Part shown: piece by piece, positions 61,334 to 64,000 of the stretch | Position numbering within the stretch: position 1 is the first letter of the stretch | How the letters are laid out: every line of letters begins with the position of its first letter | Source: Macrostomum lignano | Lineage: Eukaryota | Assembly (NCBI GenBank): GCA_002269645.1 | Contig: NIVC01000176.1 | Coordinates: 770,367-834,366 of the forward strand | Length of the DNA: 64,000 nucleotides | Direction: 5' to 3' | The notes under the pieces: model-generated | Seen by the model: the letters and a program-made list of their open reading frames with translations, nothing else | Databases searched by the model: none | What the model was told of the DNA's origin: nothing | Program-made: the position numbers and the translations under genes

Positions 61334-63839
61334 ATGTCTCGCCGCAGAACATTGTTTTCTAATACAGATTCTGATAGTGATGTCGAAGCTGTATTGCGGA
61401 CAAGCCGTCGAGGACGTCCAAGAAAGCTCCAGAAATCTTCTGGTTTTGGTGCCACCCGTCGTCCTAGCTCAAGCTCTGCTTATGGTTCTCATCAGGATCA
61501 GTCGGTAGGGAATTATTTTTTTCCTGAAATGCCTGATAATGCAGCCGAAATGCCGCCTGAAAATTCTACTGAACCTTCAAATCCGCCTGAAGAAACTGAG
61601 TGGGAGGATCATTCCATGTTTTCGGATCTTCACAGCAATGCGTATGAAAATTATTTCAACTTGGGTTCATGCATTCGTTGCAGTGATGCGCCTGGAATTT
61701 ATCGGTGTGTCACTTGTAGGCTGGATTTCTGTGAAGACTGTAAAGAAATCACACATGGTGATTTTGCACCACACAAATTTGAACAGTGGAATTCTGAGAC
61801 GCTTATGTTTGCAGATCCAGTGCACGTGCCCATGGTTGCTGCACTTTTCTGTTGTGTGGCAAGCAGAGAGGCTCGCGAATTGTCGGCTGCATCAACTGTT
61901 GAGCTAATCGATTTGTCGGGAATCGTTCAAGCTCAGATGTTTACGTGTAGTTCATGTGACAAAGTGGATGCGCTTCTCTCAATGGGTTACTTCCCGTCTT
62001 ATGATGCAACCGCAACCGCCACAGACTGCACAGCCTATTTCGCCATAAGTTTATTAACACTTCTCGACAATTTGACTACTGTAGGTCGACTACCGGCTCA
62101 CAGGGCAATCAAAGCCCTGTTTTTAGGTGCTACTGTTGGCCAAGGAATCTGCAGAGATAAATTAGCATCAAGTTTGTATCAACGTCTGCAACGCCACTGT
62201 GTTCTGCTAAAATTTAGACAATTACAGATCCGCTCAGCAAAATGGCCCAAGTCGTGTCTCTTGTGTCCCGATCAGCATAATGATCGCCAGACTGTTGTTT
62301 GTGCTGATGCGCTTTTCGGCTGGCAAAGATTTTCTTCAATGGGATTCAGGCAAGCTCTAACTCCGTCAGATGGTCGTCCGCTTCCTGTTCCATTAGTGAA
62401 TGTAGATGTCAAAGCAGACGCGCCAAAAAATCGCTTAGAAGAACAAAACTGTCCAAGTTGGAAAGCTGGGGCGCTCGAGCCACCATCCCGAGGTGCTGGT
62501 AGACATGATGTGTATGGCTTTTTTGGACTTTTTTGCCGGCACAATCGTCTATTGAATGGTTGTAACATTACTACGACAGGAGAGCGGTTCTGCTACATAG
62601 AACAGTGCCTTGAGCATTTTCTAAGAGACACGTCTGTATCGAAGAAATTGCTTCTTATCTATGACGTTGGTAAGTGCATCTTTTGCATACTATGTCCGTA
62701 TAATTTAGCGGGATCAAAATAAAAGTACATACATTTTTCTCACATCTCACTGCAGGCTGCCGCGTTTCAGCTCGCGTACAATCCGCAGTTACTAAATCTG
62801 GTGCTAACGTACAGGCCTCTTCATGTGCCATCAATGCATTCCACGCACTTGGCCACAAACCAAGCTGCCAAAGAAGGTTCTCTGTGCGTGTCACTCCTGG
62901 ACGGGCTTGTGTGATGGCGAGAACACAGAGAGAGCTTGGCACAACTTCGCCCATATGGCATTCACTAAAGTACATGCGACCTGATCGTAGGAGCACCTGT
63001 ATGTTCAAATTCTGTTTCATTCAATGCGAATCAATTGTTTAACACACCCAGTGGTTCCAGCAACGTCTCAGACTTTTGGACAGTACGATAAAAACATGTC
63101 TTCGGAAATGAACTCACTTCTGATGATGCACGAATACAGCAAGCTTCCGGAATTTTAGACGGAAGCTTAGTACTTTCGGAGGTTCAAATTCGGAATCTCG
63201 GCCGTCAGTGGCATCAGAACTCTCTTATAGGCGCAGTAGAAAACTCTGAAAACGACCTTCTATCTAATATTCGTTCGCTTGCAGTTCTCAGAGAACATTG
63301 GCTGCGACAGTGCTGGACTAAATATGGGCCAAGGTCATAACAGAGCTTGCTTGCGCCGTGTACAAGGTTTGACTTCAGAAAATGAAAGCTGATATTAATC
63401 GTCTGCCGGAAGAGACCCGGGGTTCTTTGATCAGTACGGAAGCCAAATAGTTCAAAGTACGATGGTTTATCTGAATCAGCTACTTCTGTCCGTTTCCGTC
63501 GGCGTGCAATCGATCTCTATCATAAGTACGACAGAGTGAATGAGGAACTGCATATCGTATCTGAGGAATGGTATGACTTTATTGTAAAAATGGACATGGT
63601 TTGCAAGAGTCTAGATAATCAGGCTGGTTTTGGCGGCTCAGTTTCGAAAACTATTTCGATCAATTTTAGAAAGAGTTGTAAATCTTGACGTTCCAGCAAG
63701 GGCAGAATATTTTCGACTCATTTTGGGCGGCGCAGAACAAAGCATTGAAATGTTCCTCCTATTAGCAACGACTCGCCAACTGATGTCGGCGACTGAGTCT
63801 TCAGCGTCTGAATCGGATGATTCAGAAGATACTTTTTGA
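61334..63839 (+). mobile_element. KDZ (Kyakuja-Dileera-Zisupton) superfamily transposase with N-terminal Cys/His cluster and CxC domain; 3' part frameshifted
   Basis: Exon 1, 61334-62669 (open 445 codons): CIRC...YRCVTCRLDFCEDCKEITH....PHKFEQWN, CSSC...LLSMGYFP, CPD..., VCADAL (first D), GFFGLFCRH, GERFCY, IYDVG (second D). GT-AG intron 62670-62755. Then GC...INAFHALGHKPSCQRRF and TGLCDGENTERAW (catalytic E, shifted frame), SLKYM and RRRAIDLYHKYDRVNEEL. There are several 1-bp frameshifts after ~62900. Confidence 0.85.
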
Positions 63840-64000
63840 GCAAGTTTAAATTTTTTAGTTAGCTGAACACTTCAATTACACAGTGATTTATTGTGTCGGC
63901 TGCTTTCCAAAGCACTTGCAATAAAAATTATTCAAAAATTGCTGTGCCAATAGATGTCATTTTAACCTCACTGCACACAATAGCTCAAGTGTGCTGTGAA

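Noticed and set aside
62999-63051. Possible second intron (GTATGT...CCCAG) in the KDZ gene
   Set aside because: The interval translates as EHLYVQILFHSMRINCL, which fits the expected KDZ helix after the KYM motif. Frameshifts explain it better than splicing.

Overview
This is eukaryotic (animal) genomic DNA. GC-rich, poly-Ala-rich exons separated by minisatellite-filled introns resemble the flatworm Macrostomum lignano (inference only). I assembled three intron-containing minus-strand genes by hand, and all splice phases are consistent. (A) 7176-17947 has 10 exons and encodes a ~1030 aa low-complexity protein with no recognisable domain. (B) 19621-28029 has 8 exons and encodes an ~820 aa secreted protein with Ig-like domains, a SUEL-like lectin domain and an ALK/LTK-type glycine-rich domain, but no TM or kinase. 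(C) 40292-53199 has 5 exons and encodes a ~674 aa PDZ-DH-PH RhoGEF-like protein. The most striking object is an 8135-bp giant palindromic element (30609-38743). It has two ~3.73-kb near-identical inverted arms, a 667-bp spacer, ACTACT...AGTAGT ends and a 6-bp target duplication (CCTGTC), and it looks like a non-autonomous or copy-back Polinton/Maverick-like element. Other contents are a TE nest at 0.4-4.5 kb (Gypsy pol remnants with a 3' LTR, a Penelope GIY-YIG fragment and a degenerate hammerhead), a KDZ (Kyakuja-Dileera-Zisupton) transposase gene at 61.3-63.8 kb, a 4.8-kb higher-order satellite and about 30 mini/microsatellites. Several of these copy the neighbouring splice junction. Most long ORFs in the supplied track are repeat artefacts.
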